DNA from: an uncultured Acidimicrobiales bacterium
GTDB lineage: Bacteria > Actinomycetota > Acidimicrobiia > Acidimicrobiales > VFJN01
NCBI GenBank assembly: GCA_963778415.1
Contig: CAVZUI010000002.1
Coordinates: 585,663-649,662, forward strand
Direction of reading: 5' to 3'
DNA length: 64,000 bases
The position numbers and the translations under genes were made by a program. Shown here in pieces: positions 24,072 through 35,500 of this stretch. The notes below the pieces were generated by a model. It saw only the letters and a program-made list of their open reading frames with translations, had not been told where the DNA came from and ran no database searches. The stretch's first letter is position 1. Every line of letters starts with the position of its first letter.

Positions 24072-24106
24072 GCGGGGGCGGCCGTCTTCCCCTGCGGCCG
24101 CCCCCG
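24072..24106 (+). terminator. GC-rich hairpin after the ABC permease
   Basis: GCGGGGGCGGCC-12 nt-GGCCGCCCCCG, an 11-bp stem, 6 nt after the stop. There is no T tract, which is common in high-GC actinobacteria. Confidence 0.4.
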
Positions 24107-24158
24107 ACGAGTCCGAACCTTGCGTGCGCGGTCGGCCGCGCAGCGTAGTATCAGCCCC

Positions 24159-24701
24159 GTGGAGACTGTGGCGGTCGGCGACCTCGTCTCGCGGGCTCGC
24201 GAGGGCGACCAGCGGGCGTGGGACGACCTGGTCGAGCGGTACCTCGGCATGGTGCACGCCATCTGCCGTGGGCACCGTCTGGCGGGCGACGACGCCGCCG
24301 ACGTCAACCAGGTGGTGTGGCTGCGCCTGGTCGAGCACCTCGACCGCATCCACACGCCCGATGCCGTCGGCGGCTGGATCGCGGCCACCACCCGCAACGA
24401 GTGCCTGCGCGTCCTCCGCACGTCGGGTCGCTGCGTGCCCACCGGCGACGAGGCCAGCCTCGACGTCGCCGACGTCCGCGACGCCGGCATCGACACCGGC
24501 CTGCTGGTGTACGAGCGCGACCGGGCGCTGATGACCGCGTTCGGACGGCTCGGCGACCGGTGCCAGCAGCTGTTGCGCCTGCTCATGGCCGATCCTGCCC
24601 CGGCCTACGACGAGATCGCGGCCGCACTCGACATGCCGGTCGGCAGCATCGGCCCGACGCGGGGGCGATGCCTCGAGCAGCTTCGCCACCTGCTCGGATG
24701 A
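24159..24701 (+). CDS. ECF-type RNA polymerase sigma factor
   Basis: Region 2 (DDLVERYLGMVHAICRGH..DAADVNQVVWLRLVEH) and region 4 (YDEIAAALDMPVGSIGPTRGRCLEQLR). I prefer GTG 24159 over 24063 because the hairpin at 24072-24106 lies inside the longer ORF. Confidence 0.8.
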   Translation: METVAVGDLVSRAREGDQRAWDDLVERYLGMVHAICRGHRLAGDDAADVNQVVWLRLVEHLDRIHTPDAVGGWIAATTRNECLRVLRTSGRCVPTGDEASLDVADVRDAGIDTGLLVYERDRALMTAFGRLGDRCQQLLRLLMADPAPAYDEIAAALDMPVGSIGPTRGRCLEQLRHLLG

Positions 24702-24774
24702 CGCGAGACATGTATCACGGGCCGCACAGCCGCCTCTTTGACCTCGGTGGGCCCGCCGCCCAGGAGCCATCCCG

Positions 24775-25272
24775 ATGAACGACAACGCCGCCTTCGCCGA
24801 CCTGCCGGCCGACGATGCCGACGACCTGCTGGTCGCCGAGCTCGGTCGCGTCGCCGGTGTCGCCGACCCGGTCCCCCCGGGCTGGGCGGGCACGGCGCAC
24901 GACGCCTTCGCCTGGGCGGCCGTCCCCGGCCTGGAGGCCCGCCTCACGTACGACTCGCGGTCGGCGGCCGGACGCCGGGGCGACGTCCTCCTCGGCGGTC
25001 CCGCGCAGCGCACGGTGCGCTTCACCGCCGGTGCCGGCCCGGCCCGGGTCGAGGTGGAGCTCGAGCTCGACGTCGGCGCCGACAAGCTGCGCCTGCTCGG
25101 CCACGTCCGTCCCGCCCGCCGCGCCACGGTCGTCGTCGTGTCGACCGCAGGCCGCACGACCGTGCCGGCCGACGAATCCGGCCGGTTCCGGGTGGACGAG
25201 CTGGCCTGCCGACCGTTCTGCGTGGTGGTGGACGGCCCGCAACCCGTGAAGACGGGCTGGGTGGTCACGTGA
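24775..25272 (+). CDS. Hypothetical protein downstream of the ECF sigma factor
   Basis: GGAG RBS, 165 aa. I see no TM segment and no HxxxCxxC motif. The C-terminus GRFRVDEL resembles a carboxypeptidase-regulatory-like beta-sandwich. Confidence 0.5.
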   Translation: MNDNAAFADLPADDADDLLVAELGRVAGVADPVPPGWAGTAHDAFAWAAVPGLEARLTYDSRSAAGRRGDVLLGGPAQRTVRFTAGAGPARVEVELELDVGADKLRLLGHVRPARRATVVVVSTAGRTTVPADESGRFRVDELACRPFCVVVDGPQPVKTGWVVT

Positions 25273-25335
25273 CGCAGCGACGCCGTCGCTCTGCGGATGC
25301 CCTCCCACGCACCCCCGACCAGTAGCCTGCCTCCG

Positions 25336-26593
25336 ATGTCCCGCTCCTTCTGGATCGAGACGCTGGGCTGTCCGAAGAACCAGGTCGACTCGGACAAGCT
25401 CACGGGCACGATGCTCCGAGACGGGCTGGTCCCGGCCGGCGCGCCCGAAGATGCCGACCTGGTCGTCGTCAACACGTGTGCCTTCATCGACGAGGCGCGC
25501 CGCGAGTCGATCGACGTCATCCTCGGGCTGTCCGATCGGCGGTCCGACGGGGCCGAGCTGGTCGTCACGGGCTGCATGGCCGAGCGCTACGCCGACGAGC
25601 TGGCCGACGCCCTGCCCGAGGCCGATGCCGTCGTGGGGTTCGGGGTCCCGGTCACGCTCGGGCCGACCCGCGACCGGGTCACGGCGCCGTCGCTCGACCT
25701 GCTGAACCTGCCCCGGCCGGCCGCGGCCGGCCCGTGGGCCTACGTGAAGGTGGCCGAGGGCTGCGACCGCGCCTGCGGGTTCTGCGCCATCCCGTCCTTC
25801 CGGGGCAAGCAGCGCAGCCGGCCCGACAAGGCCGTGGTCGACGAGGTCGACGCGCTCGCGGCGTCGGGCGTGCGCGAGATCGTCCTGGTGGCCCAGGACC
25901 TGGCCGCCTACGGCCGTGACCAGGGTCAGGGTGAGCGGCGCATCGTCCCGCTGGTCCAGACGCTGGCCCGGCGGGTCGATCGGGTCCGCCTGCTGTACCT
26001 GTACCCCTCCGATCTCACGCCGGCTCTCGTCGACACGATCTGCGCCACGGGCGTGCCCTACTTCGACCTGTCGCTGCAGCACGTCGCGTCCCCGCTGCTG
26101 CGGCGCATGCGCCGCTGGGGCGACGGCGACCGCTTCCTCCGCCGCATCGAGGAGATCCGGGAACGCGAGCCCGACGCCGCCTTCCGGTCGAGCTTCATCG
26201 TCGGCTACCCGGGCGAGACCGAGGAGCACCACGACGAGCTGCTCGACTTCGTGGCCGCGGCCGACCTCGACTGGGCGGGCTTCTTCGCCTACAGCCGCGA
26301 GGACGGCACGTACGCCGCCGACCTCGACGGCCACGTCGCCCCCGACCTGATGGCCGAGCGCCTGGCCGAGCTGCGCGACCTGCAGGACGGCATCACGGCG
26401 CGCGAAGCGCGACGCGCTCATCGGCACGGTCGCCGAGGTGCTGGTGGACGCTCCTGGTGTGGCTCGAAGCCACCGTGAGGCGCCCGAGATCGACGGCATC
26501 GTCGTCGTGCCCGACACGCTGCCCGTCGGCGAGCTCGCCAAGGTGCGGATCGAGGGGGCGGCCGGCCCCGACCTCGACGCCGCACCCCTGTGA
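25336..26593 (+). pseudogene. rimO: Ribosomal protein S12 methylthiotransferase RimO, one frameshift (~26400-26405)
   Basis: GCPKNQVDSD, radical-SAM CDRACGFCAIP, and YLYPSDLT. The TRAM-domain tail (AKRDALIGTVAEVLVD..EIDGIVVVP..ELAKVRIEGA) is in a second frame and ends in a GTGA overlap with pgsA. Confidence 0.9.
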
Positions 26594-27168
26594 GCGGAGC
26601 CGTGGCCACCTCGTTCGGGCCGTCCGCCCTCGCCACCCCCGCCAACGCCGTCACGTTCGCCCGCCTGCTGTGCGCCCCCGCGCTGTGGCTGCTGATCCTC
26701 GCCGCGGCCCCGTCCTACGCGGTGCTCGCGGTCTGGATCGTCCTGGCCGCCACCGACGGGGTCGACGGCTACCTGGCCCGCCGCCACGGCACCACGCGCT
26801 CCGGCGCCTTCCTCGACCCCCTCGCCGACAAGGCCCTCGTGCTCGGAGCGATGTGGGCGCTCGTGGCCACCGACACCTTCTGGTGGCTGCCTGTGGCGCT
26901 CATCACGGCTCGCGAGCTCGGCATCTCCGTGTTCCGCTCGTACTGGGGTCGGCGCGGGCTCGCCGTGCCCGCGTCGTACTGGGCCAAGGTCAAGACGGTC
27001 GTCCAGGCGGTGGCGGTGGGCCTGGCGCTGCTGCCCCTCGTGGCCGAGCACCAGGCCTGGCTGGCGTCGACCGCCCTGTGGATCGCGGTGGCGCTCACGC
27101 TCGCCACCGGCTTCCAGTACCTGGCCGAGGGCAGCCGGGCCACTGCGTCCGGTGGGGTCCGGACCTGA
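26590..27168 (+). CDS. pgsA: CDP-diacylglycerol--glycerol-3-phosphate 3-phosphatidyltransferase
   Basis: CDP-alcohol phosphatidyltransferase motif DGVDGYLARRHGTTRSGAFLDPLADK. Multiple TM helices. Confidence 0.85.
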   Translation: MSGAVATSFGPSALATPANAVTFARLLCAPALWLLILAAAPSYAVLAVWIVLAATDGVDGYLARRHGTTRSGAFLDPLADKALVLGAMWALVATDTFWWLPVALITARELGISVFRSYWGRRGLAVPASYWAKVKTVVQAVAVGLALLPLVAEHQAWLASTALWIAVALTLATGFQYLAEGSRATASGGVRT

Positions 27169-27207
27169 TCGGCATCCCGGCGCAGGTCGCCCGAGGAGGA
27201 GGGGCTC

Positions 27208-28446
27208 GTGCGGTGTGAGGTCGTGGCCGTCGGCACCGAGCTGCTGCTCGGCCAGATCGTCGACACCAACTCGGCCTGGCTGGGCGAGCACCTCGCCCTC
27301 GCCGGCATCGACCGCACGCACGGGCAGGTGGTGGGGGACAACCTCGACCGCATCGTGGCGGCGCTCGAGCTGGCGCTGAGCCGGGCCGACGCGGTGATCG
27401 TGTGCGGGGGTCTCGGGCCGACCCAGGACGACATCACCCGCGACGCCCTCGCGGCCGTCATGGGCGTCGACCTGGTCACCGACGATGCCGCCGCCGACCG
27501 CATCCTCGAGCGCTTCGCGGCGCGGGGCGGCGCATGCCCGCCAACAACCTGCGGCAGGCGCTCGTGCCCGCCGGCGCCACCGCCATCGCCGACCCGCAGC
27601 CGGGCACCGCCCCCGGGCTGATCTGCCCGGTGGGCGACAAGGTCGTCTACGCGGTGCCGGGCGTCCCCTACGAGATGCAGGAGATCGTGCGGGGCGCGAT
27701 CCTGCCCGACCTGGCACGGCGAGCCGGGACGGTGGCCGTCATCCGCTCACGCACGCTGCGGACCTGGGGCGACAGCGAGTCCGGCCTCGCCGAGAAGCTG
27801 GCCGACCACATGGCCGCACTCGACGAGGGCGGGCCGACCGCCCCCACGTTGGCGTTCCTCGCCAGCGGCATCGAGGGTCTCAAGGTGCGGATCACCGTCA
27901 AGGCCGACGACGAGGCCACGGCCGCTGGCTCGTCTCGACGCCGAGGAAACGGTCGTCCGCGGCATCGTCGGCGACATCGTGTTCGGGGTCGACGGCGAGA
28001 CGATGGAGCACGCCGTCGGGCAGGCGCTGCAGGCGCGGGGGCTCACGCTGGCGGTGGCCGAGTCGCTCACGGGCGGGCTCGTGGCGGCCCGGCTGGTCGA
28101 CGTGCCCGGAGCCAGCGCCTGGTTCCGCGGCGGCGTCGTCTCGTACGCGTCCGACGTGAAGTTCTCCGTCCTCGGCGTGCCCGAGGGACCGGTCGTCACG
28201 CCCGAAACGGCGGTGGCGATGGCCGCGGGCGTGCGCGACCTGCTCGGCGCCGACGTCGGCCTGGGCGTCACCGGCGTGGCCGGGCCCGAGAGCGCCGAGG
28301 GTCACCCGCCCGGCACGGTCTACCTCGGCGCCGTGGTCGGCGACGCCGACCCGGTGACGGCGCAGGTCATGCTGCCCGGCGACCGCGTCCGGGTGCGGCA
28401 GTTCGCCTGCATCTCGCTGCTCGACATGCTGCGCCGCCTGCTCTGA
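27208..28446 (+). pseudogene. cinA: Competence/damage-inducible protein CinA, two frameshifts (~27520-27527, ~27918-27925)
   Basis: The MoCF-binding N-terminus (VVAVGTELLLGQIVDTNSAWL..GGLGPTQDDITR), middle part (PNNLRQALVP..GTAPGL) and C-terminal deamidase domain (LAVAESLTGGLVAARL..GVTGVAGP) lie in frames 1/0/1. Confidence 0.85.
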
Positions 28447-28467
28447 CGGGCGCCCGTCGCGGCCGCG

Positions 28468-29364
28468 TCAGCGGGCCGCGTTGGCGAGGTCGAGCCGGTG
28501 GTAGAAGAAGTTCCGGGTCTCGTCGAGGATCTGCGTCCGGTGCGTGTTGTAGGGCACGTGGCCGCTGCCCTCCCAGGTGCGGAGCACGACCAGCAGGCCG
28601 GCCGCCCTCGCCTGGTCGACGGTGGTCGTCGCCCACGAGTAGGAGACGAGCGGGTCGTTCGTGTTGTGGAACATCAGGGCGGGGGCGTCGCCGGCGTTGA
28701 TCGGCCCGCTGGCGAGCTGGGCGCCCGAGATCGACTGGACGGCCCGCACCGCCGACGAGAACCCCTGGTGGTCACCGGGCCCCGGGTTCTCGGGGCTGTA
28801 GCCCACGTTCAGGGCCGTGATGGCGCCGGCGGACGACCCGCCGATGGCGATGCGGTCGGGGTCGATGCGGTAGGTCGACGCCTGCGAGCGGAGGAAGCGC
28901 ACGGCCGTCTGGGCGTCCTCGCGGGCGTGGCCGATGGCGGTCACGCAGCGGACGATGTCGGCGGTGGTGCAGCCGCCGGACGCCAGCCGGTAGTCGATGG
29001 ACACCGTCACGTAGCCCTTGCGGGCGAACACGTTGGCCTCGTCGACGATCTCGGTGGACGTCTTCGACCCGCAGCAGAAGCTGCCGCCGTGCACCCACAC
29101 GATCGCCGGGCGGGCGGTGACGGTGTCGCCGGCGGGCTGGTACATGTCGAGGCGCAGCGTGACGGTCTGCCCGTCCTGGTTCACGGCGCTGCCGTACGTG
29201 ATGTTCGAGGTCTTGGTGACCGAGCTGAACACGTCGTCCCGGTAGCGCAGCGGCGCTTCGCCCCCCGGCGTGGCCAGCGGGTCGCACCCGACCAGCACCA
29301 GTGCGAGCACCACGGCCGCGGCTCCCGTGAGCAGCCGGCGGCCCGGCGTGCGGTGACGACCCAT
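28468..29364 (-). CDS. Alpha/beta hydrolase (carboxylesterase-like) lipoprotein
   Basis: Signal peptide with lipobox LVGC, oxyanion HGGSF, and nucleophile elbow GGSSAG. Confidence 0.75.
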   Translation of the reverse strand: MGRHRTPGRRLLTGAAAVVLALVLVGCDPLATPGGEAPLRYRDDVFSSVTKTSNITYGSAVNQDGQTVTLRLDMYQPAGDTVTARPAIVWVHGGSFCCGSKTSTEIVDEANVFARKGYVTVSIDYRLASGGCTTADIVRCVTAIGHAREDAQTAVRFLRSQASTYRIDPDRIAIGGSSAGAITALNVGYSPENPGPGDHQGFSSAVRAVQSISGAQLASGPINAGDAPALMFHNTNDPLVSYSWATTTVDQARAAGLLVVLRTWEGSGHVPYNTHRTQILDETRNFFYHRLDLANAAR

Positions 29365-29439
29365 CTGACCCCCTCGAGTCGGGCGGGCGCCCGACCGGGC
29401 GCCGCCTCGCCCCGCGAACCTAGTGGGAACCAGTGGGGC

Positions 29440-30576
29440 TCAGGGCAGGATGGTGGTGGAGCCGGGCTCGGGCAGCTCGACCCACGTGCGCCCGGGCGTG
29501 AGGGCGATCGGCGCGCCGGCCGCGTCGAGGTACCGGGTCGGTGAGTTGGCCGCGGTCTTGACCCAGCGGGCCGTGTAGGCGACGCCGCCGGTGAGCACCA
29601 GCGCCTGACCCTGGCCGACGAGCTGGGCCTCGCGGATCGGCACGCCGAACTGGTCGTTGGTGCCGCTGCTGGCGTAGGGGGTGGACTGCACGATCACGTT
29701 CTCGGGAGCGATCTGGTTGCCCTCGGAGTCGACGTGGGGAGTGCCACTCTGCGAGCGGGCCCACCCGGTGCCGTTCCACGCGAACTCGACGGGGGCCGAC
29801 CCGGCCCCGACGGCGAACACGATCCGCACGCCCTTGATCGAGGTGCCGCCGGGCGCCGGGGCCGCGCCGGCGGCGCGGTAGGTGAACAGCGGGGTGGCCG
29901 GCCGCGTCGCCCGGGGATAGCTGCCGGCCCACACCTCCATCGTGCTCTCGAGCATGAGGTTGTGCGGGGCCCTGCGGTCGCCCGCCCGGGCGTAGAACTG
30001 CGGCGCGACGGGTGCGCCGACGTCGACGATCCCCGCGTCCCTGATCCGCGCCTCGAAGATGGCGTTGGCGCCCGACCAGGCGAAGAGCGGCCGGTTGAGC
30101 GGCTGGAACAGGCCGATGTCGGACGTCCGCGCCGAGCGCACGGGACCGATCGGCATGGCGTCGTGGGAGTGGTAGATGGCCATGAAGCGCGTCACGGCCC
30201 CCTCGACCCGCTCCTCGTACACGACGTCGGCGTTGTTGATGCCCGCCTGGGGGCGCGATGCCGGCTCGGCGTTGTCGATCTTCACGATCAGCGTCGGCCG
30301 GGCGAGGGCGGCGGGGTCGGTGACCCGCAGGCCCGTGAGCGGGTAGACGGGCGGCGGCGGGGGAGGGGGCGGAGCCGTGGTGGTGGTCGTGGAGGACGTG
30401 GTCGTCGTCGTCGTGGTCGGGGCACTCGCCTCGGACGACGTCAGGCTCACCGCGGTCACCGCGCACACGGCCAGGACGACGACGGCGGCGGCACCCGCGA
30501 CGACCTTGCCGCGAGGCGTCGACAGGAGGGCCGTGAGGCGGGCCCGCGGCCCGGTCGGGGTCGGTTCACCGGTCAC
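29440..30576 (-). CDS. DUF3048 domain protein (membrane-anchored, Thr/Pro linker)
   Basis: N-terminal TM, poly-T/poly-P linker, then PLTGL..RPTLIVKIDN..ADVVYEERVEGAVTRFMAIYH, typical of DUF3048 (YerB-like). Confidence 0.75.
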   Translation of the reverse strand: MTGEPTPTGPRARLTALLSTPRGKVVAGAAAVVVLAVCAVTAVSLTSSEASAPTTTTTTTSSTTTTTAPPPPPPPPVYPLTGLRVTDPAALARPTLIVKIDNAEPASRPQAGINNADVVYEERVEGAVTRFMAIYHSHDAMPIGPVRSARTSDIGLFQPLNRPLFAWSGANAIFEARIRDAGIVDVGAPVAPQFYARAGDRRAPHNLMLESTMEVWAGSYPRATRPATPLFTYRAAGAAPAPGGTSIKGVRIVFAVGAGSAPVEFAWNGTGWARSQSGTPHVDSEGNQIAPENVIVQSTPYASSGTNDQFGVPIREAQLVGQGQALVLTGGVAYTARWVKTAANSPTRYLDAAGAPIALTPGRTWVELPEPGSTTILP

Positions 30577-30655
30577 GGGCGACGAGAGTGGCGCGGGCGA
30601 CGGTCATGACGCCAATCACCACCGCACGCGGGGTGCGCAGGTGCACACTGCGGGG

Positions 30656-31174
30656 GTGCGCCTGTTCGTCGCCGTCGTCCCGCACGAGCCGGTCCTGGCG
30701 GCGGTGGCGGCGCTCGATCGACCCGAGGCGCCGGGCGTGCGCTGGACGACCCGCGACCAGTGGCACGTCACGCTGCGGTTCCTCGGAGAGGTCGAGGACC
30801 CGGACCCCGTCGCCACCGCGCTCGACGACGCCGCCCTGGCGCCGGCCACCGCGACGCTCGGCCCCCGCGTGACCGCCCTCGGGCGAGGCGTGCTCGTGGT
30901 GCCGGTCGCGGGTCTCGACGCCCTGGCCGGGGCGGTGGTGGCCGCCACCGCGGGCATCGGGCGACCGGCGGGGGATCGGCCGTTCCGTGGGCACCTCACC
31001 CTCGCCCGGGCGCGCCGGGGGGCCTCGGTGCGGGCGCTGGCCGGGGCGGCGGTGGCGGGCACGTTCCCGGTGGACGAGGTGCGGCTGGTGCGGAGCCGCC
31101 TCGGGCCCGGCGGCTCCCGGTACGACGACGTGCACGTCCGGCGGCTCGGCGAAGGAACTCGCCCAGGTCCTTGA
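30656..31174 (+). CDS. thpR: RNA 2',3'-cyclic phosphodiesterase (2H family, LigT/ThpR)
   Basis: Two H-x-T-x motifs, HVTLRF and HLTLAR. GTG start giving VRLFVAV. Confidence 0.8.
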   Translation: MRLFVAVVPHEPVLAAVAALDRPEAPGVRWTTRDQWHVTLRFLGEVEDPDPVATALDDAALAPATATLGPRVTALGRGVLVVPVAGLDALAGAVVAATAGIGRPAGDRPFRGHLTLARARRGASVRALAGAAVAGTFPVDEVRLVRSRLGPGGSRYDDVHVRRLGEGTRPGP

Positions 31175-31175
31175 A

Positions 31176-31189
31176 CGAACAGGCGTTCG
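31176..31189. promoter_or_regulatory. LexA box (cGAAC-AGGC-GTTCg) upstream of recA
   Basis: Perfect GAAC-N4-GTTC palindrome, the Gram-positive/actinobacterial SOS-box core, about 210 nt before the recA start. Confidence 0.75.
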
Positions 31190-31269
31190 AAACTACAGTC
31201 GTGTCGTTCCTCGAAAGCCGTCGGTCGGTGTTCTCGGATCCTCCGGTGTTCCCCGGTTCCGGCGGCCGC

Positions 31270-31295
31270 AAAGTGTCACACCCCGTCCTTAGGGT
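31270..31295 (+). promoter_or_regulatory. RecA-NDp-like promoter of recA
   Basis: AAAGTGTCACACCCCGTCCTTAGGGT: TGTCACAC (31274-31281), 8 nt, then TAGGGT (31290-31295). The same 15-mer is found at 9185-9199 (-) and 51306-51320 (+). Confidence 0.6.
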
Positions 31296-31399
31296 CGGCA
31301 CCAGTCGGTCGGGCGTCCACCGCCCCCCGTCCTCGCAACGCCGGCCTTCGGGTCGAGCTCCGCCTCACACCTGCACCACCGCACGAAAGGACCACACCG

Positions 31400-32455
<1,056 letters not shown>

Positions 32456-32464
32456 TCCGCTCGC

Positions 32465-32499
32465 GGGTGTGGGGCGGCGCGGCGGCCGCCTTCACACCC
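32465..32499 (+). terminator. Hairpin after recA
   Basis: GGGTGTG..GGCGGC..GCCGCC..CACACCC nested inverted repeat 10 nt after the stop. No T tract. Confidence 0.35.
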
Positions 32500-32574
32500 G
32501 TGCGGTGACCCCGGGCGGGGCTCTCGGGACCACTAAGGTTCCCCGACGTACGACGAGCGTGGCTCTGGGGGACG

Positions 32575-35500
32575 ATGACCGTCGTGAGCACTGCGACACG
32601 CGGCACCGCTGCGGCGGCCGCACTCCGGTCCTACGGGCCGGCCATCGCCATCGTGGCGGTGCAGCAGATCTTCTTCCCGGCGCCTGCGGGCATCGTCGTG
32701 CGCGGCCTCGTGGTGGGCGGGCTCACGGCACTGATCGCCCTGGGCATGGCGCTCGTCTACCGGGCCAACCACATCATCAACTTCGCCCAGGCCGACCTCG
32801 GGCTGGCGCCCGACGATCCTGGCGTTCCTGCTCATCGACCAGTCGGGCCTGCCGTACGCGGTGGCCGTGGTCATCGGCCTGGCCGCCGCGGTCCTCCTCG
32901 GGGCGACGACCGAGCGGGTCGTGATCCGGCGCTTCTCGCACTCGCCCCGCCTGCTCGTCACGGTGGCGACCATCGGCCTCAGCCAGGTGCTGGTGGCCGT
33001 CGCCATGCTGCTGCCGCGGCTCTGGGACCTCGACCTCGTGGCCGGGCGCATCGCGCCGCCGTTCGACGCCACCCGCGAGATCGGCACGATCACCTTCGAC
33101 GCCAACGACCTGCTCGGGCTCGTCGTCACCCCGATCGTCCTCGTGGCCGTCACCGCCTTCCTCCGGCGCAGCGCGGCCGGCACGGCCATCCGTGCCAGCG
33201 CCGACAGCGCCGATCGGGCCGCCCTGCTCGGCGTGCCGGTGGCGCGGCTGCAGACGCTCGTGTGGTCCGTCGCCGGGGCGCTCGCCTTCACGGCCGTGTT
33301 CCTGCGCAGCGGCATCCTCGACGTGCCGACGACGACGGCGCTGGGCTTCGGCGTGCTGCTGCGGGCCCTCGTCGCCCTCGTGCTCGGGCGTCTCACCGAC
33401 CTGCCCGGCGTCGCCTCGGCGGCCGTCGCCCTGGGGGTGCTCGAGCTCGGCATCGGATGGGACCACGACATCTCGCTCATCGACCCCGTGCTCGGCCTGG
33501 TCGTCATCGCCGCGCTGGTGTGGCGGCGCCGTGAGGTCGGTCGGGTCGATCTCGCCGACGCCGCGGCCTGGCGGGCGGCCGACGAGGTCCGACCGGTCCC
33601 GGCCGCGCTGGCCGCCCTGGGCGGTGCCCGCGCCGCTCGTTGGGGCCTCATCGCCATCGCCGGTGTGGTGGCCCTGGCCCTGCCCGCCGTCCTCAGCGCG
33701 GACCAAGAGTTCAAGGCCGCGGCCGTCCTCGATCTACGCCGTGCTGGGCCTGTCCCTGGTGCTGCTGGCCGGGTGGGGCGGCATCGTGTCGCTCGGGCAG
33801 GTGGCCTTCTTCGCCATCGGCGCCGCCGTGACCGGCTTCGTGGTCTCCGAGTGGGGGGCCGACCTGTTCGGCGGGCTGATCATCGCCATGGTCGTGGGGT
33901 CGGTGGTGGCCGCGCTCGTGGGGATACCGGCCCTCCGGCTCCGCGGCCTCTACCTGGCGGTGACCACGTTCGCGTTCGCGCTGGCCACCACGTCCTACCT
34001 GCTCGACGACGACCGGTTCGGCTGGGTGCCCGACGCCCGCATCGAGCGCGCCCCGTTGCTGGGCGGGTTCGAGGTCTCGTCCGAGGCCGCGACCTACTAC
34101 CTCGCCCTCGGGGTGTTCGTGTTGGTCGGCCTGGGCCTGCGCGGCGTGCGGACCAGCCGCTTCGGCCGCGCCCTCGTGGCGGTGCGCGACAACGAGCCGG
34201 CCGCCGAGTCGTACGCCGTCGACCCGATCCGCCTCCGCCTGGTGGCCTTCAGCCTGTCGGGCGCGATCGCCGCCCTGGCCGGTGGGCTGTTCGTCCATCA
34301 CGAGCGTGCCTTCGACCCGTCGTCGTACTCGGCCGTCGAGAACCTCGTCGTGCTCACGATGGTCGTGATCGGGGGGATGACCTCCGTCGCCGGCGCGCTG
34401 CTCGGCGCCCTGGCGCTGCTGGGCTCCCGCTGGTTCCTCGACCCCGAGTGGCAGTTCCTCGCCTCGGGGCTCGGCGTGCTTCTGATCCTGCTGCTGGCGC
34501 CCGGCGGCCTCGCCGGCCTGGCCTACCGGGCCCGTGACGCGTGGCTGCGGCTCGTCGCGGTCCGGGGTGGTCTGCGGGTCCCGGGCTTCGGCGCACCGGC
34601 TCCGGGTCCGGTGACCGAGGCGCCGGAAGACGAGGCCGACGTCGGCGCGCCCGTCGCGGTACAGGCCGGCGCCGGCGCTGGCGCCGTGCTCCTGCGGGTC
34701 CAGGGCGTCGAGGCGGGCTACGGCGGCGTGCCGGTCCTCACCGGCGTCGACCTGATCGTGCACGAGGGCGAGGCCGTGGCCCTGCTGGGCACGAACGGGG
34801 CCGGCAAGTCGACGCTGCTCCGCGCCATCTCGGGGCTGGTCCCCGTCACCGAGGGCTCGATCGCCTGCGACGGCGACGACATCACCGGGCTGGCGCCCCA
34901 CCTGGTGGCGGCCCGCGGCGTCGTGCAGATGCCCGGCGGCGCGGGCGTGTTCCCGTCGCTGACGGTGGCGGAGAACCTGCGGGTGGCCGGGTGGCTCCAC
35001 CGTCACGACGCCGTCGCCGACCCGCTGACCACCGACCTCGGCGAGCTGTTCCCGATCCTCGACGCCCGTGCCGACGAGCAGGCGGGCAACCTGTCGGGCG
35101 GCCAGCAGCAGATGCTGGCCCTGGCGATGGCCGTCCTCATGCGCGCCTCGACTGCTCATGATCGACGAGCTGTCGCTCGGCCTGGCCCCGGCGGTCGTGG
35201 GCGACCTGCTGCGCTTCGTCGACCGCCTGCGCGACGAGGGCACGACGCTGCTGATCGTCGAGCAGTCCGTGAACGTCGCGCTCGAGATCGCCGACCGGGC
35301 GGTGTTCCTCGAGCGGGGCCGGGTGCGCTTCTCGGGGCCTGCGTCCGACCTCCTCGGCCGCACCGACCTGCTGCGCTCGGTGTTCCTCGGCTCGGCCTCG
35401 GCGACGCCGATGGCCGCCTCCGCGCCGGCGGACGGTCCGTCCGCCCCGGCCGTCGGGACGCAGCCCGCGGCGGGCGGTGCCCTGCTGCGGGCGGTCGAGC

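Noticed and set aside
24111-24150. ECF-type autoregulatory promoter (GAAC ... CGTA) before the sigma factor gene
   Set aside because: The spacing between the two elements is about 25 nt, well outside the 16-17 nt expected for ECF promoters.
24715-27717. 1000-aa ORF on the minus strand
   Set aside because: It is antisense to rimO, pgsA and cinA, all of which have clear motifs on the plus strand. Its composition is typical of a GC shadow ORF.
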